From Octopus vulgaris (Eukaryota), in NCBI GenBank assembly GCA_951406725.2, contig OX597814.1, forward strand, positions 119,660,001 through 119,724,000: a stretch of 64,000 nt of DNA. The letters run 5' to 3'. Every line of letters begins with the position of its first letter. The first letter of the stretch is position 1. The notes beneath the pieces were generated by a model. That model did not search any database, was not told the origin of the DNA, and saw only the letters and a list, made by a program, of their open reading frames with translations. The translations under genes and the position numbers were made by a program. Below are positions 1 to 12,164 of this stretch, one piece after another.

Positions 1-794
1 AGTGAAAGCTAACTCTATTCGTGGTTGTGCTGATGAAGGCGACAGAGGAAGTCAGCATCAGTGACTGACACAGGCCTTGCTCTCCTACTCAATAGACACG
101 CTTTTGTTGATCTGTAAACAGAGGATTTCATATTTTGTTAATGGCTTTTCTTACACAGTCAGGACTAAAATTTGTCTTGTAGTGTTTGCTTTTGTTTTTG
201 TTATAGTCGTTCTTCTGCTTGAATACGTATGCGTGTGACTATATGTATGTATGTATATGATCAATGAACTTATATAGATATTACTGCCGTGTTTTTACAG
301 CGAGCAGCTGCAGTAAAGATTACTTTGACCATTTTGATGTTTTATTTTTTGTATGCTTTTGTCATTTCTGTTGATATTTTTATTGTTTTTTTTTTTTACA
401 GAATTCTTATATTTCTTTAAGCAATGAAAGTGTATGTCAATGCCGATGGTAGGTGGTAGCAGTCGTGTTAGTATCAACGGTGTTATGTATGTTGTTGCGA
501 GTCTTAACGTAAATTTTGTGGTGGAGATGGGGGTGGTTCTGTGGTTACTCTAGTTCTCACCTCCTCCCACACCTTTTGGCAATTATAATGATATTGCCAT
601 AATGATAGTGATCGTGGTGGCGGTTTCTAATGGAGGTATATATATATCTAATTTACCTCTGCTACTATAAGAAGCAGCATCAATGTCAATGTGTGTCGTG
701 CGTTAGCAGATAAGCTGACAGTGATTAGAAACAACGAGACTGTTTCGATCCTGATCGAATTAATAATGCTTCGAGGATGGTCATGAGACTCACA

Positions 795-858
<64 letters not shown>
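795..858. repeat. (AAT)n microsatellite
   Basis: Pure AAT tandem run; explains the poly-N and poly-L ORFs. Confidence 0.97.
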
Positions 859-1383
859 GCAGTAGAAGTAATAAAGATTTGTGTTTACTGCAGATAGTAT
901 TTCTTTCCAATGAAAATGAAGAATTGCATCCTCTACGTTTACTTTTCGAGTCTTTCATAAGTATAATTTTAAATTCGATATAGCACATTCAACAGAAATG
1001 GAATCAGTCATATCACTGAGATCATCGCAATTACAGGAACATTTGAGTAGTATTACATCAAAATACATATAATATGTTTGTGCTGCTTAAACAGAGGCCA
1101 TCACAGATAAGTAAAAATACAAGGAAATGTATGATATAACACCCATGAGTATTCTTAGTAAAGAAGAGAAGATATAGTTAAAGCCAATGATATCTGGCTT
1201 CCATTTCTAGCATCTAGATCAACCAGGTAGATGTTCCTGGTGATTTTAAAAGTCTAGAAAAATAGAATATCATTCACTGTTGCAGGAGAGTAGTGCTGAT
1301 TATAGGGTGGTAGCAGTTTTGCAAATGCAGTTACGTTGCTGCATGTACACACAATATATCCATCCACCCACCCCTCACACACA

Positions 1384-1601
1384 CACGAGGGGTGTTCTTT
1401 TAGATATTCCCCTAAGCCACTTCCGGTTCTTGGATTTAGGCGCAACCTGCCGACTTCTACAGATGGGGTGTTCACAGCTGCATACATTGATGAGAGAAGT
1501 GTGTCACCATTGGAAGAGGCTATGCAGTGAAGGACTAAGTTTTGTTTATCCCAGTTCTTGAAAAGCAGGTCAGGGGAAATCTTTAATGAGCATCTTTCGA
1601 A
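1384..1601 (+). mobile_element. Possible decayed mariner-type MITE
   Basis: Starts CACGAGGGGTGTTCTTTTAGAT, resembling mariner TIRs (TACGAGGGGTG...). A degenerate inverted copy ATCTTTAATGAGCATCTTTCG lies near 1580-1600. Internal HHWKRLCSEGLSFV resembles the mariner transposase C-terminal RWxKC...GxY motif. Confidence 0.35.
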
Positions 1602-1669
1602 CCTATATAGATACTAAAACATGGATATGTATCTTTTCTCTCTTTCTCTCTATCTATTTATCTATCTGT

Positions 1670-1735
<66 letters not shown>

Positions 1736-1991
1736 CTTAGATAAATTATATTTGTTTGGGCCATTATAGGTCCAGGCCATGCTAAAATTAATGGCACTAC
1801 CTGGAGATAGATTTTACGTCATGTTTCAGGATTCCATGGACCGGTTGAGCAAATTGTTGTTTTTCTCAGTCTGGTACTGCTTGGAATCTGTGTGCACTCA
1901 TGATAGGGTTTCTCTCGACAATTACGCCTAGCTATCTGATATTATTCGACAGTGTGTGTAAAGACATTTACGTGTAGAATGAGAACACATA

Positions 1992-2212
1992 GTCTGTGCA
2001 TTGCAGGGTAGGCTACTCCTCCAAAATAGATGGGCTTTTTCATGGGCAACCCAATGAGGATAAGTGAAACACTGAATGAACAGTACGAAAGTGTCTTCAG
2101 CCCACCTCTACGGCACATGCAGTAAGCAAACCTGTGCTTTTTTTTACTGCTGCATAGGCTGAATTGAAGGTTGTAACAATTGATTACATCAACATTAAAG
2201 AAAAGGATGTAC
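1992..2212 (+). mobile_element. Internal fragment of the same LINE family as 4960-7345
   Basis: Aligns by eye with 5562-5780, sharing CTCCTCCAAAATAGATGG, GAAACACTGAATGAACAGTAC, CTACGGCACATGCA and AGCAAACCTGTG. Confidence 0.85.
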
Positions 2213-3098
2213 TACTACCAATAATCCAGTACAAAGCGATGTATAATCTCATCGTCTTCGATTAATTGTGTACCTCAGGACGTTTTCCTAGTGATAAAGA
2301 GATGATTCAAGCCTAGCAGGATAAAAGTCATTGGCTGCTAAACTAGCAGACGCAATAAACAGCTTTGTGTGCAGATACAGAACATTGATTCTTGTAAAAT
2401 CATTGCAAGAGAAAAAAAAAAGCTCTGATGAAAAACATGAGTATCATCAAGATGCTGGTTGTCACATCCAGTGATAAACAGGTGTGAGTAAAGCTGTTCT
2501 ATTTGAAAAGTGATTCATGGTCTGCACAAACTTCACTCATAATAATTAATTCGCATAGAAGAAAGGGTGGAGGAAGTTCTGTGTTGATAGGAAATCGTGG
2601 AACATACTGCCTTGTCAAGTTGGGTATATGCAGGCAGCTTGGGATATAGTTCGCTTCTGTTCAAAGGTATGCTGCCGAAAACACACGGCAGCTTGTCCAT
2701 CAGCAAGCAGGCCATTCTGAGGAGAGGACTGTTCACCTGTTAACCAAGAAACACCGATAAAGAACTAATTTTCCAAACCTGTGATGTAGCAGTCTTGGAA
2801 TACACACATTCTAAAGGATTTTATTCTCTAATCTGTTGACTTCCGCGACCCACGCACAAGAATGCACATACTTGTACGCATATATTTATTGACGGATCAG
2901 TACCGAGAAACTTAGGTCCGTGTGTATCACGTCAGGTTGGAGATAGGAAGGAGCGCTTCCCTTCGCAAATACTGATAGAGTACAGAAAGTATGTCAATAG
3001 CCAGGTGAAGGAGGTGTCTTCCTGCAGCTACAAACTACAGTAGCATCCTCCCGTAAGGGTTAGCCACATTTAAGTAGCAAATATACTTCACAATATTA

Positions 3099-3155
<57 letters not shown>

Positions 3156-4025
3156 GTATATATTTGTATATATACATTTAAACATGTATGCTTATATATG
3201 TGTGTGTGTCTATGTGTAATTACATAGGTAAATATCAATATATGTGTACATATGGAATTACGTATGTGTATACGCATACACTCACACATATATATTCACA
3301 GTGCTGATCAAGAAATATCTATTACGTAACTAAATATATGTATATTTGTGTAGGTGTGTCTGTATGTGTGTATGCGTGTGTGTGTGTGTGTGTATCTAAG
3401 GTATGTTAGGAATTTAGAGACAGCGTAAAAGCAATTTGCTCCCAGTATAATAGTAATGGAATAATACATCTGTTAAAAATATCAACAATTTCAGCTGATG
3501 GCGTGATGCATAACAGTGTAGCATCATACAACAGAGCGTATTCCGTTGTTTAGCCTGCAAACCACTTCGATTTATGATTGTTATTATTAGATAGGAATGA
3601 AAGTGTTCCCTTATATATTATATAATCTGTGACACTGAGATCAGTCAGCACATACCGCTTTGATTTTCGTCTCTATACATTCCAACGTATACGTCCTATA
3701 TTCTTTGCTATGTTAAAACTGCGCACCAGTTCATGAGGATAGATTAGATTGCATTAAGTTGTACAACGATCGATTGTTTCTGCACAATATCCCACAAAAT
3801 TACATTTTTATCTGTTGAAAAATTGTTATGTGAATAAATCAAGGTGAATGGAAGAGGAAACCCGTGATGTTCCCATTTCCTACATCGAAGATGGCACGTA
3901 GAAGACAATTGATAGAAAGCCGGTTTGCGCATGTGTATATAATGAAATCACAAAGTAGCACAAACGTATACACAATGGAAAAATAATCATCCTTGCTGTC
4001 CTAAATATAATATATTATAATATCA

Positions 4026-4240
4026 TACTCTCTTTACTCTCTTTTACTTGTTTCTGTCATGTGGCTGTGGCCATGCAGGAGCACCGCCTTTAGTCGAGCA
4101 AATCGACCCCAGGACTTATTCTTTTTAAGCCTAGTACTTATTCTATCAGTTTCTTTTGCCGAACCGTTAAGTTACGGCAACGTAAACACACCAGCATGGG
4201 TTGTCAAGCGATGTTGAGGGGACAAACACAGGCACCCACA
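4026..4240 (-). mobile_element. SINE family A, 3' half only
   Basis: Matches the tail half of the full copies at 15423 and 37589 (TTTTACTTGTTTC...GGCCATG...GAGCACCGCCTTTAGTCGAGCAAATCGACCCC) and ends in the internal microsatellite. Confidence 0.9.
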
Positions 4241-4378
4241 TATACATACATATATACACATACATACCTATATATATGTATATATATATATACACATACA
4301 CATAATATAAATATACATACATATATATGCATATATACTTACATATCTCTCTCTATATATATTCATACATACACACGC

Positions 4379-4460
<82 letters not shown>
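4240..4460. repeat. Compound (TA)n/(CA)n microsatellite
   Basis: Direct reading. Confidence 0.95.
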
Positions 4461-4462
<2 letters not shown>

Positions 4463-4542
4463 TGATATATACATACTTCCATGATTATAGCCATTTTCAA
4501 CTTTTTTCTTTTGCTTCTCTAGGCTCTTCTTTTTATATTTAT

Positions 4543-4666
4543 TCCTTACTCTGATGAAGCTCCATTGTTCAGATCTGTTTTATTACCAAATTATGATAAA
4601 TATGTTTTTAGCATATCAGTGGCAATACCACACAACATTGGAAGCAGAAACAGCTGTTAGATAGGA
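4543..4666 (+). ncRNA. Type I hammerhead ribozyme-like motif with extended stem II (Penelope pLTR-like)
   Basis: CTGATGA 4551-4557. Stem II GCTCCATTGTT pairs with AACATTGGAAGC. GAAA 4647-4650. Stem III is C-AGCT-G with a palindromic loop. Triplet GTT. Imperfect stem I TCCTTACT/AGATAGGA. Confidence 0.6.
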
Positions 4667-4959
4667 TGCAGTCTATTTGAATTGAATTAATGAGTGATAA
4701 TTAATCAAGAGGATGCGTTATAACACTCTTCCACATATAGACAAACAGCCATACCAACAATGCAATATAATGTAAGTATATATTGTTGCTTTTCAATGCT
4801 TCTCCATTTTCTGTTTCCTTTATACATACATATGTGTATGTGTGTTTGTGTGTGCGCGCGCGCAAACAGACAGTTAGGAAGCGCACGCAAGTGTGCTACT
4901 TCTTCCGGCGTGGTGAGTGCTGGCATGGACGTGAGGGAACAAATTGCCGCTTCCTGCAT

Positions 4960-7345
4960 CCGAAATTACTTAACAGGCAGACCAAAAGAAAAAGCTTCTC
5001 TCCAAAAGACAAAGGAAGACTACAAAGAAGAAGAAATCGTGCATCACCTGCCTCAAAGCTAAAGCACACCGATGAATTGAACATTATGTAATACCAGATT
5101 ACAGCATGAGAGAGTTGACCACATATGGTTCAACGGAACACACAAATATGCAGCCTATATAAAGCACTCAGAACCTATCTAATCTGAACTTCCACAAAGC
5201 AGACCTGAAATCTATTGAAAAAGAGATCACCATACACGAATGGTCTCAATGTCTCTCTACACCTGACATAGATATGACCGTATTACAAGCCATATACTAC
5301 AATTTTATTCCAGAGGGAAGAACCACTGCACATAAAAATGAGTTCCCCATGGAGAGGAAAGTACTTATGAGACAAAGATTGCAAACCGCTTGAACAGAGA
5401 ACTCAACGGTGGTGTGAAAACCCGCCTGAAAACAGCACTGTTGAACTTTGGGAAACAACTGAAGCGCTCCCATCAGAATGAAAGATCAGACAGAGAAGCC
5501 TGGGTCATAAGAAATATAAAATAGACCTTAAAGTCTTCTTTACGTACGCCAAGTAGACTGCCTCTGCGCATTGCAAGGTAGGTCACTCCTCCAAAATAGA
5601 TGGCTCTCTCATGGGGAACCCAGTGAAGATAAGGGAAACACTGAATGAACAGTACATACGTGTCTTCACCCCATCACTACGGCACATGCAAGTTAGCAAA
5701 CCTGTGGAATTTTTTACTGCTACATAGCCTGAATTGGAGGCTATAACAGTTGATTACGTCAACATCAAAGAAAAGTATGTCGTACATACTTTTCCTTTTG
5801 CTTTTCTAGGCTCTTCTTTTTTATTTATTCCTTATTCTGATGAATGTATGATATAGGTGTATGTATGATATAGATGCAAACACAGCTACGGACCCTGATG
5901 GATTCCCAGCAATCCTCCTAGTCATGCAAACGAGTCTTGCAAAACTATTACAGCTACTTTTTCAGAGCTTCCTCGCAATTGGTAATTATACACCCTATCA
6001 ATAAAGGAGGAAGTAGAGCATATGCTAAAAGTATAGCACTATGTCTCTGACCTCACACATCAGCAAAGTCATGGAACGAATAGTTCGAAAGAAATGAATT
6101 GCATTCCTTGAAGAGAATGAAAGAGAATGACTTGCTGACTGACACCCAGTATTGTTTTCGAGCAGCTAGAAGCTGCCGGACACAGCTCTAGCACCATTAC
6201 GACTTGATGCTAAGGCAGCTATTCAACAACTCAGATGTGGATATGATATACCTCGACTTTACAAACGCCTTCAACAAATTTGGCCATTGTATGTTTTGTT
6301 ACAAGCTCCGAAATCTTGGCATATTTGGAAAACATGGACAATGGCTACATGACTTTCAAAGAGATAGAAGTCAGGTGTCAATGGAGTCACTTCCAAGAAA
6401 AAAAAAAAATGAATAATGTTCCACAGGGAACGGTCCTGCGGTCCCTGTTATTCATAGTGGCTCTCTCTGATATGCCATCAGCTGCTTAAGTAGATACTCT
6501 TGCTAGCTATGCAGACGAAACAAAACTCTCTCAGACGATACAGAACCCTGAAGACGTTGTGCATCTGCAACGTGAATTAGACGAAATATACAGGAAAATA
6601 GCATGCAGGTTAAACTGGTAGAAAATTCCAAGCCGAGCGCCCTCAACACGGGAAGCTCAATGAAAAGCAAATAGGATACATTGGCCCAGGAGGGATTCCA
6701 ATCCCCGAATCAAAATCAATGCGTGACCTAGTCACCGATATCAGTAGTGATGAATCTTTTGAGCTGCAAATTACCAATAAAATCCAGACTACCTGCCGGG
6801 TGGCTCCTTCGAACTTTCAAAACAAGAGAAAAGGAAACCAAGATGGTCTTCTGGAGGTCGTTTCTTCACAGACCTCTCGATTACTGTTCCCAAAAGTGGT
6901 CACAAAACACAGTAACGACTGCACTGGAGGCGATCCAGCGATACAATGCGACATATCTATTGGGAGAGACTAAAAGAGTAAAGAATCTACTCCATGGAGC
7001 GAAGGCGGGAAGGATATGCAGTGATATACATCTGTAAAATCCTAGAAAAAACTGTTTCATACTTTGGCATCGTCACTTACTCAAATAGCAGAATGGGTGG
7101 CACTACATGATACAGGACTATATACTGCAACAGCTTGGGCGTCAAAGGCCCGCAGCTCGTCAGTATCCTCCCACAAAGCATGGCGTCGATGTAGGTTTTT
7201 TCGAAACAAAACTGTTAATAGCTTCGGATGAACCTGCTACTTGGCACGAAACACACATTAAGGCATCAGAAGAAGTTTAGTGAAAGTGTAGCAAAGTAAA
7301 AGGCGGGGCCCCAGCATAGCTGCACTCCTTAGCCTGAAACTTAGA
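4960..7345 (+). mobile_element. Decayed CR1-group LINE (ORF2 reverse transcriptase pseudogene with 3' tail)
   Basis: Frameshifted RT motifs in the expected order: A.DPDG (GPDG-like, about 5885), SLTSHISKVMERIV (about 6043), DMIYLDFTNAFNK (YLDFxKAFD), VPQGTVLRSLLF, SYADETK (YADD), LDYCSQKWS, LEAIQR, MERRRERY and VKGPQL. Many stops. The 5' boundary is approximate. Confidence 0.92.
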
Positions 7346-7593
7346 TATATATACATCTATATATATACATCTATATATATATACATCTATATATATATAT
7401 ACACACATATGTATGCATATATATATATATATATATACATATATACAATACACACACACATATATATATATATACATATATATATATCGCAACGCCTACT
7501 ACACTGCTCAACCCACATGACAAAGCATTCCGAGAATTAAGTTACCCAGAATGTATTCGCTAAAACCTAAGACCATTATTGTGTGTCTGTGTG

Positions 7594-7634
<41 letters not shown>

Positions 7635-7825
7635 ATACACAATTGCAGCACGAAGTTTTGTCAGGGATGAAAATATTTTGACACAAATTAAATTTTAATG
7701 TTGAAGTCAATCTAGCTTTTTTGTTTGTGTTTTTAAATAGCTTATAAACACCTTCCACACTGCAATTGTTTTTGTTTCAGCTCACGATCTCAGATCAAGT
7801 CACTTGTTATGCAAGTACATCTCCG

Positions 7826-7888
<63 letters not shown>

Positions 7889-8286
7889 TCAAATAAATTA
7901 CTGGAAGTGCGTATGTACGGAAATTTTAGTATACCTCAAAGGGGAAATTATTGATTAGAGTAAAATTTAGATAATATTCTGTGCATGCACGGAATATTAT
8001 AACTGAATCTATAGTAAAGAATCTCCGAAATTTACAATTTAGAAAATGGAAAAGGAAAATATAAAAAAAAAGGTAAACCAAAAGTCTCAGAGACGGAATT
8101 CTTCGGCTTATAGATAAGAAAGAATGAATATTTATAAACATTTGTTCAGAAATACACGGATTGAGTTATCAGCATAAACCTCTCCTGAATTGCGATACTT
8201 CATTCGGAAAAGTTGCATGTGTGAAGGTGTCAGTGTGTGCGCGCAAGGATATCAGGATATATAAAATGACACACACACACACATAA

Positions 8287-8339
<53 letters not shown>

Positions 8340-8448
8340 CGTTATATATTTAAACTATAGCATATAAATATCTATATATATATACCATATATACTAAAAT
8401 ATATATATTTATATGCATTAGTATATACGTACACATTTACCCACACAC

Positions 8449-8485
<37 letters not shown>

Positions 8486-11400
8486 TATATATGTATGTAT
8501 GTATGTATGTTTGTATGTATATATGTATGTACAAATCCGCCTGAATACGAAAACGTATTGTGCTGTCGTCTTCCGGCATAGCATAGAATCTGGTGATTCT
8601 GAAATTATAGCCTAGCATGTTCTATGAAGACACCGATGGCATTTCAGGTACGATATTACACCCTATTTCATCAGTTGAATGTCATTTTTTCCTACCTATT
8701 TCTACACGTTTTATATGTGGTGATGTCATTACATGTGAATCGGAGGTCTGCTTGGAGCTTTCAGGCCCCTGATTTTAGTATGATATTTTCTATGCAAGTC
8801 GGTGAGAGAAAAGCTTGAGCGTAAATTCCTCTTTCACATTAACGTAAACAATGTCAAACTCTTGTGCTTTTGAAATACAATTCTCTAAATATTCTAAACA
8901 ATGTGCCTGGTATCATAAATTAAAATAGAGGATAACTGGTGTCATAGAGAGCACAGATTTGAAATGTTATCTTTCCCAAGAGCATTTAGATACGTAATTA
9001 AACATTCATGCATATGCATATATGCATATGAATATATAATCGAAATATAGCCAGCTAGTCTTTCCTGAGCGTTTATGGCCTTCACTAAATGGTTAAATTC
9101 CTTAATCACAGGTTTGAACCTTTGTTGAAAAAAATAGCCTCCCGGTCTATTCTGACGTAGAAATAAAACATACAAGTAGTAATATTTAAAGGGAAAGAGA
9201 TAAACTCCATCTTCTAGTTGGTACACATTATAAATGTATGGGTTGACGTAATGAGAAAAGAAATGCCTTGCTTAAGGATACAATGTACCGAGCAGTTCCG
9301 GAATGGAACTAACGCATTTATGATTATCGGCTGGAAACGCTAACGACTAAACCATACAACTTCACACACACAACTTCAAAAACACATATGTATATGCATA
9401 TAGTGTGTGTTGTTTCTCTCCTGCATTCAGCTGCTCCTTATCTGTTTTGCTTTCCATCAAACATTCTTTCGAAAATTTCCTTCGTCATCAAACTTCAGTG
9501 GAGCTACCCGTGTAGTCGCCGACGACGTGACCACTTAACATGGTATACCAATAAATAGCATAAGAATGACATAAAATGAAAGGAAGCATTGACTAATGTA
9601 ATGCTGTTTATACATTACTTGAGAAAATACGAGGAGATAGTCACTGATAGAACAATGGTGACCATATTTCTACTCCTTTATGACTGGCAGGTAACTAAAC
9701 TCGTTAGCACTTTTGAAATTTCTCAAATATAAACACACATGTTACAAGCTTCAATATTCGCTACCATAAGATCTTAGGAAATTTATCTTTATGTAAACAA
9801 CTATTTCTTTGATGATAATTCAATAACTATTTAAAAATGTCTTCGTTCTTTCCATTGACATATTATTCATGTCACTTTGTGTGAAATGTCATAGTTGATT
9901 CATTGGAATTACTTTCATATACTTTTTTTTTCCATATCTGAAGCTGTTGTCTTTTCTAAGATTTATTGTTTGAAAGAATGTTATGAACAACGACTTCAGA
10001 AATGATACCGTTTGCATGGTTCGTTTCATTATGGTGTCAACGGTTCCTCTGATAAGGTTATTAACGTCGTCATTCATATTTTATCCTTTGGTTTCATTCA
10101 GAAAGCCCACTCTTAGAAGTCTAATCTTGACAATACACAACGGATTGTTCCTTAAGTTCTGATATTCTTTTATTCAATGACTGCTCTCTAATCAGGCAGA
10201 AGGATTTAACTAATTTTCTCAAATGCGGAATGAACCTTCAATGGTGGAACACTAACACATAATATTATAAGGCGACTCAATCAAAACCTTATCTCTTAGG
10301 TCAATGAATCTCCTCATAATATGTTTGAAGGCAATTTTATTGAATGGCAACATAAAATACCGTGAACAACGAGGCAGTCGACAACTAGAACTTTGAAATT
10401 TCCCTTGTTGTAATTATTAAATAAAGGTCAGCTCTTCTCGAGGAGACATTTATTTCGGCTGAAGCCGGTATAGTTTATCTAAGAGTACAGTTTCCAATCA
10501 CCTTTCCAGTTTCTAAAGACTATCGGGATTTGATAAGTATATCTTGCAGAACTGACCACCAAGTAGACCCCTTCACTTTCTCGTAAGAATATTGACCAAA
10601 GTATTTATTCTCTACAGATTACGTTTTCTATAATGAGATTCCGTCATTCACAGGAATATCCCAGGTGACGTTTGTTCCGCTAGATTTGCACGAATATTTC
10701 GTTGTCAGTTTCACCAGCCGAAATGCAATGAACCGATGATAGGAAAGCTGGAAGCTTGTAACTAACAACGCTATGGTTCATAGTCTCAACAATAAAAGAC
10801 ATAATAGAGCGATATAATTACTCTCTTGCTTCTAACACAAGCATGAACTGTAAATCTCTTTAATTTAGATTAATATAAGTTTATTGTAATTCTCCGATGA
10901 TCACATATCCGGTATTTAGTATTGGATATTTCCTTACTTGATAATATATATCAAAATAATTATGAATATTGAAACAGAGAGATGTAATGGTGGATTGCTT
11001 CTTTGAAAGATGAGGTTTAAATTGTTAGATCAACCAAGTGCCTTGCTCCTGATGCTTGTGAATTAAAAACAAGTGGCTGAGTATTCCATAGATATTCTGA
11101 GAATGCGTAACAAAATTTTGAAACAGAATCAACATGACACTTTGTGACAGGGCCGCACTTTTTGAATAATAGGCATTATATACTCGACAGTTCCTATACC
11201 GTTTCAGTCTCTACCGAAATCCAACTAAAATGGTATGAATCGCCCGAGCTCATTGAAAGTTACATTTGCGTAACATACCACTTCTTCATATAATATACAT
11301 GCCTTAAGAGAAATTCTTTGTTGAATCGTGAAATCACTCAAATCAAATTTGTCTTAATGTATTTTCGAGAGATAATGGGGTTTATTACATACAACAAATA

Positions 11401-12081
11401 TTTAGGTGAATTTCAGTAAAGAGGCCCGAGGAGCAAGCACTAATGGTAAATAAGCTTGTATATTATACCTAACATCCAAGAGGAAAACAATTGTTTCCAA
11501 CGTGCTGCGCAGTTTCCTCCTTAAAAATTCCCATCACGTTTTGTTTGACAATTGACTTGGTAGAAGACAAGAAAAATAATGTACACAATATGCCCCGCAG
11601 TGTGCTCGAACCTGAAACTAGTTCCTTTCTCTTCTCAATAGTGGCTTTATCCATTGAAGTTGAAAGTAAACTATGAAAACATACGTTGTACTCTTTCTGG
11701 TGTTCATAAGCATGATTTTCAAAACATTTAATATTAGATGAAATATAATTCCATAAAGATATGCAGAAATACAAATGTTGCTTCAAAGTAGTGACACAGT
11801 GGGGAGACACACGGTTGTATTAATTACCTGGTAACTTGCTGAGTAACTGATATTGTCACTTTTAAAATAAGGTGTTATAGAATATTTTGTTAATTCAGTT
11901 CTTGTTTAATTGTACTATTTGATCTCTGTCAGTATCTCACAAGTGTCAAACATACTTCGTCAGGTTCTTATATTTTTTTATTTTTAGTTTTAGTTGGAGA
12001 ACCAATTCTAATGATATCCAGAATAGCGAGGTGTAAGCAACAATACCAACAAAACATTACTAACATCAATAGTAACAACAA

Positions 12082-12160
<79 letters not shown>
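12082..12160. repeat. (AAT)n microsatellite
   Basis: Direct reading; explains the poly-I ORFs. Confidence 0.97.

Positions 12161-12164
<4 letters not shown>

Noticed and set aside
26-60. CTGATGA within a small hairpin
   Set aside because: No GAAA or stem III, so not a hammerhead.
725-988. Poly-Leu/poly-Asn ORFs, and poly-Ile ORFs at 11968 and 27868
   Set aside because: (AAT)n microsatellite translations. Only the Dong-like tail at 28151 is meaningful.
2712-2766. CTGAGGA...GAAACACCGATA, hammerhead-like
   Set aside because: Stems I and III do not pair convincingly.
11905-11967. Minus-strand CUGACGA-AGUAU...AUACU-GACA
   Set aside because: GAAA, stem III and stem I are absent. It may be a decayed pLTR, but this cannot be supported.
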